Shown one piece after another: positions 25,524-34,868 of a DNA stretch of 64,000 nucleotides; the stretch's first letter is position 1, and each line of letters begins with the position of its first letter. The position numbers and the translations under genes were made by a program. Below the pieces are notes generated by a model. The model was given only the letters and a program-made list of their open reading frames with translations. It was not told where the DNA came from and made no database searches. The DNA comes from Phycisphaerae bacterium (GTDB lineage Bacteria > Planctomycetota > Phycisphaerae > SM23-33): positions 42,097 to 106,096 of the forward strand of contig WRDM01000002.1 in the NCBI GenBank assembly GCA_009783465.1, written 5' to 3'.

Positions 25524-25716
25524 CAAGCCACTAGCCATCAGCCACTAGCCACCAGGGTTTTCGTGACTCGGCTGTAAAATCGCTCCTCCTGTTCGAGAGA
25601 GTGATCTCGTGGCTTCGCTGACTCGTAGATCAATTCTCACACGCACACCAGCAGTATGCCCTGGCTTCTGGAAAGCTTCGCCCTACCTTGTGGCTTGTGG
25701 CTAGTGGCTTGTGGCT
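25524..25716. repeat. divergent OPH-type element (gccactagccatcagccactagccacc...ccttgtggcttgtggctagtggcttgtggctg)
   Basis: Shares arm motifs with OPH family but core not conserved. Confidence 0.55.
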
Positions 25717-25721
25717 GCGGG

Positions 25722-27695
25722 TTAATCGCGATTCCTCACCCACGCGCGCCGGATGACCGGTTCGGTCCGGTCGGGCGAGACGTTCAGGTACGCGAGCGTT
25801 TTTTCCACCACGTCTTTGAATACAGGCCCCGCCACCGTGCCGCCGTAGTAGCCGCCCGTACGCGGGTGGTGTACCGAGATCAGGCACACCACGCGCGGAT
25901 GGCTGGCCGGCGCGCCACCGACGAACGAACCAGTGTACACCCCGGTGGCCAATTGCCCGCCGCGGGCCACCTGGGCCGTGCCGGTCTTGCCGAAACTCGT
26001 CCAGCGGTCCATCTGCGTCGTCGCGTGCCCGGTGCCGTATTCCTTCTCCACCACGCTCGCCATCACGGCCAGCGTGCTGCGACTGGTCTGCTCCGAAATC
26101 ACGCGGCGGATCACTTTTCGTTCGCTCTGCCACGTCACGCTGCCGTCGGGGGCGACGATGCAATCCACCAGCCGAGGCTGAAGCAACTCGCCGCCGTTGG
26201 CCAACGCACAGAACGCGTTGGTCAGTTGCAGCGACGTGACGGCGACCTCCTGTCCGAACGGCACGCGGGGCAGCGAAAAACCGTCCCAGTCCGAAAGCCG
26301 CCGGACAATGCCCGCCGACTGCCCCGGCCAGGCGCGACCGTCGGGCAACTGGATCGGCACACGGCTGCCGAATCCGAACCGCTTCACCACCTCGTGAACG
26401 CGGGTCTTGCCCATCATCAACCCCAGCTTGGACATGCCGATATTGCTCGAACGGATGATCACGTCCGACATGCTCAGCACACCGTACGCGTTGCCGTGGT
26501 CGCCGACCTTGCCGCCGTTGGGCGGGTAAAACGTGCCCCCGCCGCAGTCGATCGTCGTGTTCCACGAAATCAGCCCCGCGTCCACGAACGCCGCCGCGAT
26601 GATCGGCTTGAACGAGCTGCCGGGCTCGTACGGACTCACCAGGGGGCGGTTCTGCCGCTGCTCCGGGTTGTCGACCTCGTTGAATTTGTTGGGGTCGAAC
26701 CCTGGCGTGCCGTACATCGCCAGGATCCGCCCGCTGTGCGGGTCCATCACCACGCCCGCGACCCAGGCGGCCTTGTGCTTGTCCTTCGCGCGATTGGCGG
26801 CCTTTTCCAGAATGTCCTGGATCACCGGATCAATCGTCAGATAGACGTTCGAGCCGTCGACGGGAGGCACGTCGCGTAGCGCGGAGAGTTGCCGCCGGCC
26901 TGAATCGCCGAGGTTCTCCCGCACGCCCGCCTTCGGCGCGATGTACTTGTGCAACACGGCCTCGATGCCTTCGCCCGCTTCGCCGCTTTTCAATTGATAC
27001 CCAAGCGTCGCCGAGGCCAGGTTGCCGTTGGGATAATCGCGGTGCCACTGCCACTCGATGCCGATGCCCCGGTAATTTTTGTTCTTGCGAAGCGCATTGA
27101 TCGCCTCGACCTCGACCTCGTCCAGGTCCTTCTTGATCCACACGAATTTCGAGCCGCGACGCTCGCGAAACGCCTGCCGCACGCGCTCGGCGTCGACGGC
27201 CAAAATGGCGGCCACCTTCTGGCTGGCGTCGTCCAACTGGTCGTCGGGAATGTCGCGCGGGAGATTCAGGTCGCCGATGGCTTCGAGTTGTTCCGGCGTG
27301 ATGTCGCTCTTGATCCAGCGGTAGGTCGTGTCGCGTTTGGCGAGGATGATGTTCTGGATTTCGCGGGCGTCCATTCGGAGGACGTTGGCCAGCGCGGTCG
27401 CGGTGAGCGGGAGTTTTTCGTTGTCCAGCAGGCTGGGGTCGGCGTAGCAGGCCGGCGATAGCTTGCTCGTGGCGGCGATAAAATCGCGATTGACGCCGCG
27501 GAAATACACGTCGCCAGGGCGGCCTGGGACCGGAATGACGATCCGCTCCTGAACCAGCGCCGCCTCCCGCGCGTACTGGGCGGAGTGCACAATCATGTCC
27601 GCGTGCTGAACGATCAGGCAGAGCGCCGTCACGATCAACCCGCCAAACAGGAGGTTCACAATCCACTTACTCGATGATGAAAGGTTCGCGTCCAT
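25722..27695 (-). CDS. ftsI: peptidoglycan D,D-transpeptidase FtsI (class B PBP)
   Basis: ORF trimmed to MDANLSSSSKWIVNLLFGGLIV (upstream codons are repeat-encoded); PBP dimerisation plus transpeptidase domains (SxxK-like STGK..., KTGTA). Confidence 0.8.
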   Translation of the reverse strand: MDANLSSSSKWIVNLLFGGLIVTALCLIVQHADMIVHSAQYAREAALVQERIVIPVPGRPGDVYFRGVNRDFIAATSKLSPACYADPSLLDNEKLPLTATALANVLRMDAREIQNIILAKRDTTYRWIKSDITPEQLEAIGDLNLPRDIPDDQLDDASQKVAAILAVDAERVRQAFRERRGSKFVWIKKDLDEVEVEAINALRKNKNYRGIGIEWQWHRDYPNGNLASATLGYQLKSGEAGEGIEAVLHKYIAPKAGVRENLGDSGRRQLSALRDVPPVDGSNVYLTIDPVIQDILEKAANRAKDKHKAAWVAGVVMDPHSGRILAMYGTPGFDPNKFNEVDNPEQRQNRPLVSPYEPGSSFKPIIAAAFVDAGLISWNTTIDCGGGTFYPPNGGKVGDHGNAYGVLSMSDVIIRSSNIGMSKLGLMMGKTRVHEVVKRFGFGSRVPIQLPDGRAWPGQSAGIVRRLSDWDGFSLPRVPFGQEVAVTSLQLTNAFCALANGGELLQPRLVDCIVAPDGSVTWQSERKVIRRVISEQTSRSTLAVMASVVEKEYGTGHATTQMDRWTSFGKTGTAQVARGGQLATGVYTGSFVGGAPASHPRVVCLISVHHPRTGGYYGGTVAGPVFKDVVEKTLAYLNVSPDRTEPVIRRAWVRNRD

Positions 27696-27751
27696 GCGGG
27701 TCTCATCTTCGTTGGGCGACGGTAAAATCGCACCGTCAGTTCGAGGGAACC

Positions 27752-27896
27752 AAGCCAGTAGCCAATAGCCAGTAGCCACAAGGTATGGTAAAGCCTGTTA
27801 CGAATCATCCGATCTTGAACTTCGCCACGTTCGTGTCTATTCCCGCTTTCACTGCCATTTCGCCACCGACGTTCCTTACCTTGTGGCTAGTGGCTG
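27752..27896 (-). repeat. operon-hairpin element (OPH family), reverse orientation, between ftsI and ftsL-like gene
   Basis: Reverse complement aligns with forward copies (..ggtaaggaacgtcggtggcgaaatggcagtgaaagcgggaataga...ctttaccataccttgtggctactggc). Confidence 0.85.
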
Positions 27897-27905
27897 TTTT
27901 TCGGC

Positions 27906-28277
27906 TTACCGTCCTCGCAGAATCGGCCGATCGTTTCGTTGTGGCGGCGTTGTGGTTTCGCGGGGCGGGGCCGCTTCGCGACGTTGCACCACGGCGCGAC
28001 GGGTCGGTTCGGGGGCTTTTAAGCCCTTGGCCAGGGCATCGCGATGCGTGGGGTCGATCAGTTTCGCCGCCACCGCCTCACCGCGCTCGCCGACCTGCCG
28101 AAACGACGCCAGGCGGGAAATCTCCACATCCTGTGTCCAGACCTGCCGTGGCACTTCGATATCGCAGTAATTCCGCAACGACAGCGTCTCATTGCGCACA
28201 CGGGCTTCCTCGGCGCGAAACTGAACCAGCACCACGCCGATGGCCGCAAAGCACACGATGATAAACGCGATTCGCAT
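27906..28277 (-). CDS. FtsL/FtsB-like bitopic cell-division protein
   Basis: 123 aa; N-terminal TM (IAFIIVCFAAIGVVLV) followed by predicted coiled coil; canonical ftsL position upstream of ftsI. Confidence 0.4.
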   Translation of the reverse strand: MRIAFIIVCFAAIGVVLVQFRAEEARVRNETLSLRNYCDIEVPRQVWTQDVEISRLASFRQVGERGEAVAAKLIDPTHRDALAKGLKAPEPTRRAVVQRREAAPPRETTTPPQRNDRPILRGR

Positions 28278-28292
28278 AACCGCTCCGACAAC

Positions 28293-28436
28293 AGCCAGTA
28301 GCCATCAGCCAATAGCCAGTAGGTATGGCCACGCCTGATGTCGATCACACGATCCAGATCTTGGCTACCTGTACACCCGTTCCCGCTGCCGCTGCCATTT
28401 CGCCGACGTCGTGCCGTACCTATTGGCTACTGGCTA
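28293..28436 (-). repeat. operon-hairpin element (OPH family), reverse orientation
   Basis: acagccagtagccatcagccaatagccagtaggtatggccacgcctgatgtcgatcacacgatcc...gttcccgctgccgctgccatttcgccgacgtcgtgccgtacctattggctactggctac. Confidence 0.85.
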
Positions 28437-28445
28437 CATCAACCG

Positions 28446-29462
28446 TCAGTTTCCCAGCATCAGCTCCTGGCCGACGCGGATGCTGTTGGCGTCCTTGATG
28501 CCGTTGAGTTTGGCCAGGTCGTCGGTGGTCAGTCCGCTTTTGCGGGCGATGGCGAAGAGCGTGTCGCCCTTCTTGACGACGTACTTTTCCTTCGCCGCCG
28601 CCGGCGCGGGCGTGGGCTGATCCACGACCACCAGCGGCGGAGTCCGCGAAGCGGCGCCCGCGGGCGTCAGGCCGACAATCACCGTCTCCGTCGCGCGGAT
28701 GGGAACGGTCGGCTTCGGGGCCGGTGCCGGCGCCGCCAGCGGCGGAATGGTCAACTCCATGCCGACCTTCAGGTTGTTCGGGTTGCCAATGACCGACTTG
28801 TTCACGTCGAAAATCTTGGTGTGCTGCGACGCGTTGGCGTCGCCGTAGAGTGTTCTCGCGATGCCGTACAGCGTGTCGCCCTGCTTGACGACGTATTTCT
28901 GTCCGACGACGGCCGGTTGAACAACGGGTACAGGCGTAGGGCCGAGCATTGTGTCCACCACCGCGACAGCCGGCACGGGCTGGCGGACAGGCGCGGGCGG
29001 TGTGTTATTCACGCGCGACTCCGCCGCCAGCACGTCGGCCAGCGTGTCGTACGTCACCGTCACCGTCCGGTTGCCCGACGGCACGGGCGGCGCCACGACC
29101 GGCGCAACCGCCACCGGCGTGTCATTTACGACCGGGCTTGTCTGGGCCGGCCCGACGACCGCCGACTCCACCCGGCCTGGATTCATCTGAGCGACAGGTC
29201 CGACGCTCGCATCCCACACCGACGCGGAATCCGCCGTGCCGACAACGCGATGGTCGCCGCTGGCTTCCGACGACACCGTCAACGGGCGAGTCGGCACCGG
29301 GGGCGACCCGGTGCCCTGCGCCAGTTTCTTCATCTCCGGCGACAAGGCCGACGGCCCGTCCTCCTTGGGCATGATGCCGCTGAGCACCAACCCGAAGGCC
29401 ACGATAAACAACAATCCGACGAGCAAACCAATCTTCGTCTCTCTCGTCATGTCCGACTCCAT
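28446..29462 (-). CDS. bitopic membrane protein with two C-terminal LysM peptidoglycan-binding domains
   Basis: N-terminal TM (IGLLVGLLFIVAFGLVLSGIM), Pro/Val/Thr-rich linker, LysM 1 (YVVKQGDTLYGIARTLYGD...LKVGMELTIP) and LysM 2 (YVVKKGDTLFAIARKSGLTTDDLAKLNGI...IRVGQELML). Confidence 0.6.
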   Translation of the reverse strand: MESDMTRETKIGLLVGLLFIVAFGLVLSGIMPKEDGPSALSPEMKKLAQGTGSPPVPTRPLTVSSEASGDHRVVGTADSASVWDASVGPVAQMNPGRVESAVVGPAQTSPVVNDTPVAVAPVVAPPVPSGNRTVTVTYDTLADVLAAESRVNNTPPAPVRQPVPAVAVVDTMLGPTPVPVVQPAVVGQKYVVKQGDTLYGIARTLYGDANASQHTKIFDVNKSVIGNPNNLKVGMELTIPPLAAPAPAPKPTVPIRATETVIVGLTPAGAASRTPPLVVVDQPTPAPAAAKEKYVVKKGDTLFAIARKSGLTTDDLAKLNGIKDANSIRVGQELMLGN

Positions 29463-29517
29463 TCGGTGCGACTGTTCCCAGTTTTCCAGTAGTTTTTCGT
29501 AAAGTCCCGCCGAGCGG

Positions 29518-30423
29518 CTAGCCTTGTGTTTTTTCGATCCCGCGAAGTTTCGCCGAGCGGCTTCGCGGGTTGTCCCGCGACTCCGTCTCGCTCGCCTGGA
29601 GCGGCTTTTTCGTCAGCAGCCTCGCCAAGCCTGTCGATTCCCACTTCGCAAACGCCTGCTTGACCATCCGATCTTCCAGCGAATGAAAGCTGATGATCGC
29701 CGCGCGCCCGCCCACCGCCAGCACGTCCGGCAGGGCGGCCAACAAACGCTCCAGATTGTCCATCTCCCGGTTCACCGCGATCCGCAAGGCCTGGAACGTC
29801 CGCGTGGCCGGGTGCACCCCGACGCGGGACTTGCGGGCCATCGCGGGAACCGCGGACAGTACTATGTCGGCCAGGCACCCGGTGGTTTCTATACTGTTTT
29901 TTTCGCGTTCGTACACGATCGCCCGGGCAATCCGTCGGCTGAGCCGTTCCTCGCCGTACGCGTAGATCAAATCCGCCAGCTCGCGCTCGCCGTACGTGTT
30001 GACAATCGTCGCCGCCGTCAGGCCCTGCGAGCGGTCCAGCCGCATGTCCAAAGGCCCGGACGCCTGGAACGATAAGCCACGCTCGGGATCATCCAACTGA
30101 CTCGACGCCACGCCCAGATCCGCCAACAAGCAATCCGCGTGCGAAACGTCCGCCTCGACAAGCACGTCACGCACGTCGCCAAAATTGGCCTGAAAATACC
30201 GCACGCGAGTGCCAAACCCCTCCAACCGACGCCGCGCCCGCCGCAGGTTCGCCTCATCCAAATCAATGAGAACCGCCCGCGCCCTCTCCGACGCCGCACG
30301 CAACAACGCATCGCTGTGCCCGCCAAGCCCCGCCGTGCAGTCGACAATCACCAACCGCGACGCCGGCCCCAACAGACCCAGCACCTCATCCACCATCACG
30401 GGCGTGTGCCCAAAATCTTCCAT
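29518..30423 (-). CDS. rsmH: 16S rRNA (cytosine1402-N4)-methyltransferase
   Basis: ORF trimmed to MEDFGHTPVMVDEVLGLL; SAM-MTase motifs (VDCTAGLGGHS), MraW family. Confidence 0.85.
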   Translation of the reverse strand: MEDFGHTPVMVDEVLGLLGPASRLVIVDCTAGLGGHSDALLRAASERARAVLIDLDEANLRRARRRLEGFGTRVRYFQANFGDVRDVLVEADVSHADCLLADLGVASSQLDDPERGLSFQASGPLDMRLDRSQGLTAATIVNTYGERELADLIYAYGEERLSRRIARAIVYEREKNSIETTGCLADIVLSAVPAMARKSRVGVHPATRTFQALRIAVNREMDNLERLLAALPDVLAVGGRAAIISFHSLEDRMVKQAFAKWESTGLARLLTKKPLQASETESRDNPRSRSAKLRGIEKTQG

Positions 30424-30430
30424 AACATTG

Positions 30431-30575
30431 GTCGCTGACAACGAAGCGACAAGCGACTGGTGACAAACGACAAGAGAAGGCAACGTTTTTCGTATTCGTC
30501 GTTCTCGCGACAAGCCATCGCTCTGAAAGACAAGACACTCCTGCTCCAGTCGCTTGTCACCTGTCGCTTGTCGCT
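30431..30575. repeat. 'gacaagcgac' palindromic repeat (gacaacgaagcgacaagcgactggtgacaaacgacaag...cagtcgcttgtcacctgtcgcttgtcgc)
   Basis: Second copy at 49805-49935. Confidence 0.75.
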
Positions 30576-30585
30576 GGTTTTCCCG

Positions 30586-30897
30586 TCACACCGCCGCTGC
30601 CTCCGCCTGCTCCACCACGCCCGCCGCCATGGGCGAGAGCGTGATCCCGGCATACTCATCCCCCAGGGCCTGAATGCGGGCCAGCCGTTGTGCCAAATCC
30701 AGCAGGCGCTGCCGGTGGCCGTCGCCAGGCGACGACCCGTTGGCCAATTGGCTCCGCAGTTCCGAAAGAGCAATCGTCGGCCTTCCATGGCCATCGACCG
30801 TCTTACGCCGGGCCTTCTGAGGGATGAGCATGTGCGAATCCTTTCGTCCGGGAATGCCAGACCCACGTTCATCCATGACAGTGGGCCCGCGTCTCAC
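30586..30897 (-). CDS. hypothetical basic small protein, GTG start overlapping mraZ stop (GTGA)
   Basis: 103-aa ORF, Arg-rich N-terminus; start/stop overlap suggests translational coupling with mraZ; no recognisable domain. Confidence 0.2.
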   Translation of the reverse strand: MRRGPTVMDERGSGIPGRKDSHMLIPQKARRKTVDGHGRPTIALSELRSQLANGSSPGDGHRQRLLDLAQRLARIQALGDEYAGITLSPMAAGVVEQAEAAAV

Positions 30898-31352
30898 TCG
30901 CCGGCGTGCAACTTCGCGCCGGCTTCATACAACATCTGGCCATAGGACGGCAGCGACTCCTTCACATACCGTTCCCAAGCCTCCGTCGGCCAAATCTCGA
31001 TCCGTTCGTTCATGCCGACCAACGTCACCTTCTCCGAAATCTCCGCCCGCTCCAGCGACTTCTCCGGCAACACCACCCTGCCCTGCGAGTCGCTCTTGAG
31101 AGGCCTGGCCATCGCCAGCATCAACGACAGCGTCCTCTCCTCGGGCGTCGGAAACACCGACGGCTTCCGCGACGCGACCATCTTCTGGTACACCAGGTTC
31201 GGATACAGCCGCAAGTGCTTGTCAGGACCCACGACGAGAACCCAACTCTCGCCATCCACCTCGGGCACGACCTGATCCCGGAATATCGAGCCGATCGCCA
31301 AACGATGTTTGGCGTCAATCGTCGTCTCAAATTCCCCAAGAAAAAACGCCAT
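30894..31352 (-). CDS. mraZ: transcriptional regulator MraZ
   Basis: MAFFLGEFETTIDAKHRLAIGSIFRDQ...; two MraZ/SpoVT-AbrB repeats (DxxxR motifs); head of dcw cluster. Confidence 0.8.
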   Translation of the reverse strand: MAFFLGEFETTIDAKHRLAIGSIFRDQVVPEVDGESWVLVVGPDKHLRLYPNLVYQKMVASRKPSVFPTPEERTLSLMLAMARPLKSDSQGRVVLPEKSLERAEISEKVTLVGMNERIEIWPTEAWERYVKESLPSYGQMLYEAGAKLHAGE

Positions 31353-31685
31353 GGCCGTCAGATCCTGAAATCCCCTTCAGCGACAGGGAATAACAGGGAG
31401 AATACACCATTCTCAGGGACTGTCTAGTAAAATCTCGCTAAAATTTCCATGGCCTGCAAAGAAAATTGCGGGAAAACCACCAGCCCTGCCGCCCCAAACC
31501 CCAAGTTGTAGTAGCCGCCACCCCAGACAATGCCAGAATTGGTACCCACTGCTGCCAGGACGGAACCAAAAAAAAATTTGTAACATTTCGTCAAGTTTTT
31601 CCACCACACCAGAAAACAGGGACAGAAAACACAACGCCCGCAGCCATCGGCCGCGGGCGCTGAGGAGCTCGATCAACAACCGATC

Positions 31686-32777
31686 TTAACGACGCCGTCG
31701 CAGCAGCGCCAGGCCGCCCAGGGCCAGCAGGCTCATCGTCACCGGTTCGGGAATCGGCGCGCCGAACAGTTGCACCTCGTTGATGTAGTTCGCGCTGCCG
31801 CCACCGTCCACCATCGTCAGCATGATGGCCGTGCCGATGATGCCTTCGGACAAATCGAAATAGCCATACAAAACCGGCAGAAACTGCGTCGTCGTGCCGT
31901 CGGCGAACGTCACGGGATGCCACGCGTCGTCGTCGCCGTTGCGATAGAACAGATTGAACGTCGCCGTCGCGCTGTTATAACCCGTTCCCGCCCCGGACAG
32001 GCCCAGCTTGGTGAATTCATACTCGACGCCGTTGGTGAAGTTCACGATGAAGCCCTTGCCCGCCTCGTTGAGGCTGTACATCACCGTTCGGCCCAGTGGG
32101 TTGTACGCGTCGTCCACAAAGCCGAGGTTGGGGCTGATGGCAACGCCGCCCACTGGTGTGATCGTCACCGCCGGCGAGCCGGGCGTCGCGCCCGCCAGGC
32201 CGGTGCTGGAAATCAAGTCGATGTTGTTGTTCTTCGGGCTGAGCGTGCCCACGTCGCCGAACACGCGGATGCCATGGATAATCATCCGGCCAGGCTCGTT
32301 CCCTCCGGGGCCGTTTTGATATCCGGTCGGGACAATTTGCAGATGCCGCGTGTCCAGCCCGCCCTCGGTCTTCAACACCAGGGTGCCCGTGCCCGAAGCA
32401 TACGAATATTCGCACTCGACGGGAATCGTGAACGTCACGCCGCCGTCGTTACTCGCGAACACGTCAAAGCTGCTGGCCTGATACCCGGCCCAGTAGTGCA
32501 GGCGGATCGTCTTGATGTTCTGGACTTCGCCGAAATCGAAGGTGATATCGTTGTCATAGGCATGGGCGCTGTCGCGATATTCGTAGGAAATGGCCTCGCT
32601 GTAGATCCGCCAACTGGTCGCCGGCATCGTTCCGTACGCCGAGGTAATCTTCAGATCCGGGTTCCATGTATTGAGAATGTTCACATTCTCCCGATGGTCG
32701 AAAATCGCCGCCACGGCGCTGCCACACCACGCCAATGACACTGCCGCCACGAGAACCGTCGAAATGAGAATACGCAT
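31686..32777 (-). CDS. PEP-CTERM sorting-domain secreted protein
   Basis: Signal peptide MRILISTVLVAAVSLAWCGSAVA; C-terminus PIPEPVTMSLLALGGLALLRRRR (PEP motif, TM, basic tail). Confidence 0.7.
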   Translation of the reverse strand: MRILISTVLVAAVSLAWCGSAVAAIFDHRENVNILNTWNPDLKITSAYGTMPATSWRIYSEAISYEYRDSAHAYDNDITFDFGEVQNIKTIRLHYWAGYQASSFDVFASNDGGVTFTIPVECEYSYASGTGTLVLKTEGGLDTRHLQIVPTGYQNGPGGNEPGRMIIHGIRVFGDVGTLSPKNNNIDLISSTGLAGATPGSPAVTITPVGGVAISPNLGFVDDAYNPLGRTVMYSLNEAGKGFIVNFTNGVEYEFTKLGLSGAGTGYNSATATFNLFYRNGDDDAWHPVTFADGTTTQFLPVLYGYFDLSEGIIGTAIMLTMVDGGGSANYINEVQLFGAPIPEPVTMSLLALGGLALLRRRR

Positions 32778-32951
32778 AACCACTCCTTTACGATGCACAT
32801 AAACGGAAAATGAATGCCGCGCCACGAAGGCCGACTCTATATATCGTACCACAGCATGCCAACACGTCAAGGCCGCGAATGAAGAAATCGGGGCCATCGC
32901 ATCTAAATTCCTTCATTTTCGTATGATTTTCCGCAAAGGGCCGTTTTTGAA

Positions 32952-33055
32952 GGCTGTTAGACTGTTAGGCTGTTAGGGAGAGGCTTATGGAAAATTAGGC
33001 CCAATCTCACATCAGCCGGCGCCTAACAGTCTAACAGCCTAATAGTCTAACAGTC
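32952..33055. repeat. 'ctaacag' palindromic repeat (aggctgttagactgttaggctgttaggg...cctaacagtctaacagcctaatagtctaacagtct)
   Basis: Inverted tandem arrays of GYTGTTAG units flanking ~40 nt. Confidence 0.75.
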
Positions 33056-33087
33056 TCTTGTACGAAAAAATGGGCGAATGTAGATGC

Positions 33088-33292
33088 GATGGCCCTGTGA
33101 AGAAATCAGGACGAACGCAGGTAAAATTCCAATGATTCGTGTGGGATTCGGGTTTGGCGGGAGTCGCCGCAGGCTTGCCGTTTTGCGCTGTAGAACGTTC
33201 GGAACAGCGCAAAACGGCAAGCCTGCGGCCATTCACGCCAAACCCGAAAAACGAACAAATATACATGCGTTTTCCCTGTGAAGAAATCACGC
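33088..33292. mobile_element. MITE-like composite element with 16-bp flanking direct repeats (ccctgtgaagaaatca) around a short BPAL palindrome
   Basis: Direct repeat at 33088-33103 and 33276-33291; internal IR cgccgcaggcttgccgttttgcgctgtagaacg/cgttc..gcgcaaaacggcaagcctgcggc at 33165-33230; no ORF. Confidence 0.5.
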
Positions 33293-33359
33293 CCGCAAAG
33301 CACAACGCCCGCAGCCATCGGCCACGGGCGTTGTGAAATGTGAACGAATGGGCAACGTT

Positions 33360-34520
33360 CTACCGCCGCCGTCGCAGCAGCGCCAGGCCGCCCAGGGCCA
33401 GCAGGCTCATCGTCGCCGGCTCGGGAATCGGATGAATATTGAACGTTTCCGTCAGATGGATCCCGATGCCGTTGCTGCTGACGGGGACGAATGCTTCCAG
33501 GTCCCCGTCCCACACGGTGGGCATCGCGTCGTACGGAACCATGATCCGCAGGCCGGTCACGCCCGTCAGGTCGCCCAGATCGTTATAGTACCACTTCGAT
33601 ACTGCGCCGTTGATGTTCAGTTCGGAGTAGAACGTCCCCGCGTTCAGCCAGCCTTGCGAATCTTCCGTCTGGTATTGGACCACCCAGTAACTCGGGATCG
33701 CCCGATCGCCGTTGTCGGAATTGGCCCGCCATGCGATGGAAAGGAGGTTGATGTCTTCCGGGGTGCTGAACGTCCGATCAACGAAGAAGAAATCGTGTCC
33801 CGCGTCGATGTTCGCCGCGATGCTCTGGGACAGCCAACGGTACTGACCGAGGGAGTCAAGACCACTCGCGCCCGCTCCGCCGATATTGGAACTGGCCAGC
33901 CAGCCGGTGGAACTGGGCTTTACCTGCTGGCTTTCGAGCGTGCCGCCGATGTCGCCGAACACGTCCATTTCGCCCAGCGAACGACGGTTGTCGCCACCGG
34001 GCGGTGTGCCGTAGGTCACGCGAACCCGGAGGCCCGCCGTCGTGTAGGCCTGTCCAAGGTCGACGCCATGAACCAAAACCTGCGCCAGGGCGCCGAAGTC
34101 GCTGCTGTCATATCGCTCCACCCAAACCCAACTATTCGGATCGTTCACGTCGCAGCCAGGCGCGAGCGTGTCCACACAGATATTCGTAATCCAGCCGCCC
34201 CAGTTCCAGTCCGCGAACAGCCGCAACACGCGGATATCCTGCGGCGTGTTCCATAGCATGTACGGTTCGAGCGAGGGCTGAGCGGGATCAGGATTCTCGT
34301 CGGTGGGCCTGATGTACTGGACCTGCGGCGCGTTGTTGTCGTGCCCCCACGACCAGATGGACCGGTCGGCGATATTCCGCACTTGTCCATTCGACAACGG
34401 GTGATCCACGCCGAAATGATCCGCCGACCAGGCAAGGCTGTCCAACGCCTGGACGCCGGGACCAAACGACAACGCCGCCACGGCAAGAACAACCAAAATA
34501 CGATTACGCATGACCACCAC
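33360..34520 (-). CDS. PEP-CTERM sorting-domain secreted protein (tandem paralog of 31686..32777)
   Basis: Signal peptide MRNRILVVLAVAALSFGPGVQA; C-terminus IHPIPEPATMSLLALGGLALLRRRR; the last ~75 nt and the 3' flank are near-identical at DNA level to the upstream paralog. Confidence 0.7.
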   Translation of the reverse strand: MVVMRNRILVVLAVAALSFGPGVQALDSLAWSADHFGVDHPLSNGQVRNIADRSIWSWGHDNNAPQVQYIRPTDENPDPAQPSLEPYMLWNTPQDIRVLRLFADWNWGGWITNICVDTLAPGCDVNDPNSWVWVERYDSSDFGALAQVLVHGVDLGQAYTTAGLRVRVTYGTPPGGDNRRSLGEMDVFGDIGGTLESQQVKPSSTGWLASSNIGGAGASGLDSLGQYRWLSQSIAANIDAGHDFFFVDRTFSTPEDINLLSIAWRANSDNGDRAIPSYWVVQYQTEDSQGWLNAGTFYSELNINGAVSKWYYNDLGDLTGVTGLRIMVPYDAMPTVWDGDLEAFVPVSSNGIGIHLTETFNIHPIPEPATMSLLALGGLALLRRRR

Positions 34521-34673
34521 TCCTTATGGTTTGAAACGCCGACAATGCAATAACGAAAATGGAGGACACCCTGATTGTACCCCGTCTGGCCAAAACGTCA
34601 AGCGGCGAAATGGGCGGATTCAGGGCAAACGCATGTGTATTTTCCGGTTTGCTACGTGACCTTTGTGGTTGGC

Positions 34674-34786
34674 GTGACTGGCCGCAGGCCCTGCCCGTTT
34701 GCGTTTCAAACGTCGCCATGGGCCGAGTTCTCCGCTTTTACCACGTTCTACAACGCAAACTGGCAGGGCCTGCGGCCAATCACGCC
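34674..34786. repeat. large palindrome (BPAL family)
   Basis: gtgactggccgcaggccctgcccgtttgcgtttcaaacg...cgttctacaacgcaaactggcagggcctgcggccaatcac; flanked by outer IR cagggcaaacgcatgtg / acattgcgtttgccctg (34621-34860). Confidence 0.8.
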
Positions 34787-34868
34787 ACGTGCGAAAATCA
34801 GCGAACAGCCAGGGAAACTACATTGCGTTTGCCCTGTGGGCGGTTTTTATGTGGCGGGGCGGGGCGGT

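Noticed and set aside
33360-34520. Apparent one-nucleotide mismatch between my reading of the sequence near 34500 and the ORF-track start of this PEP-CTERM gene
   Set aside because: This is almost certainly my own transcription slip while counting. The ORF-track coordinates are kept and it is not treated as a frameshift or pseudogene.
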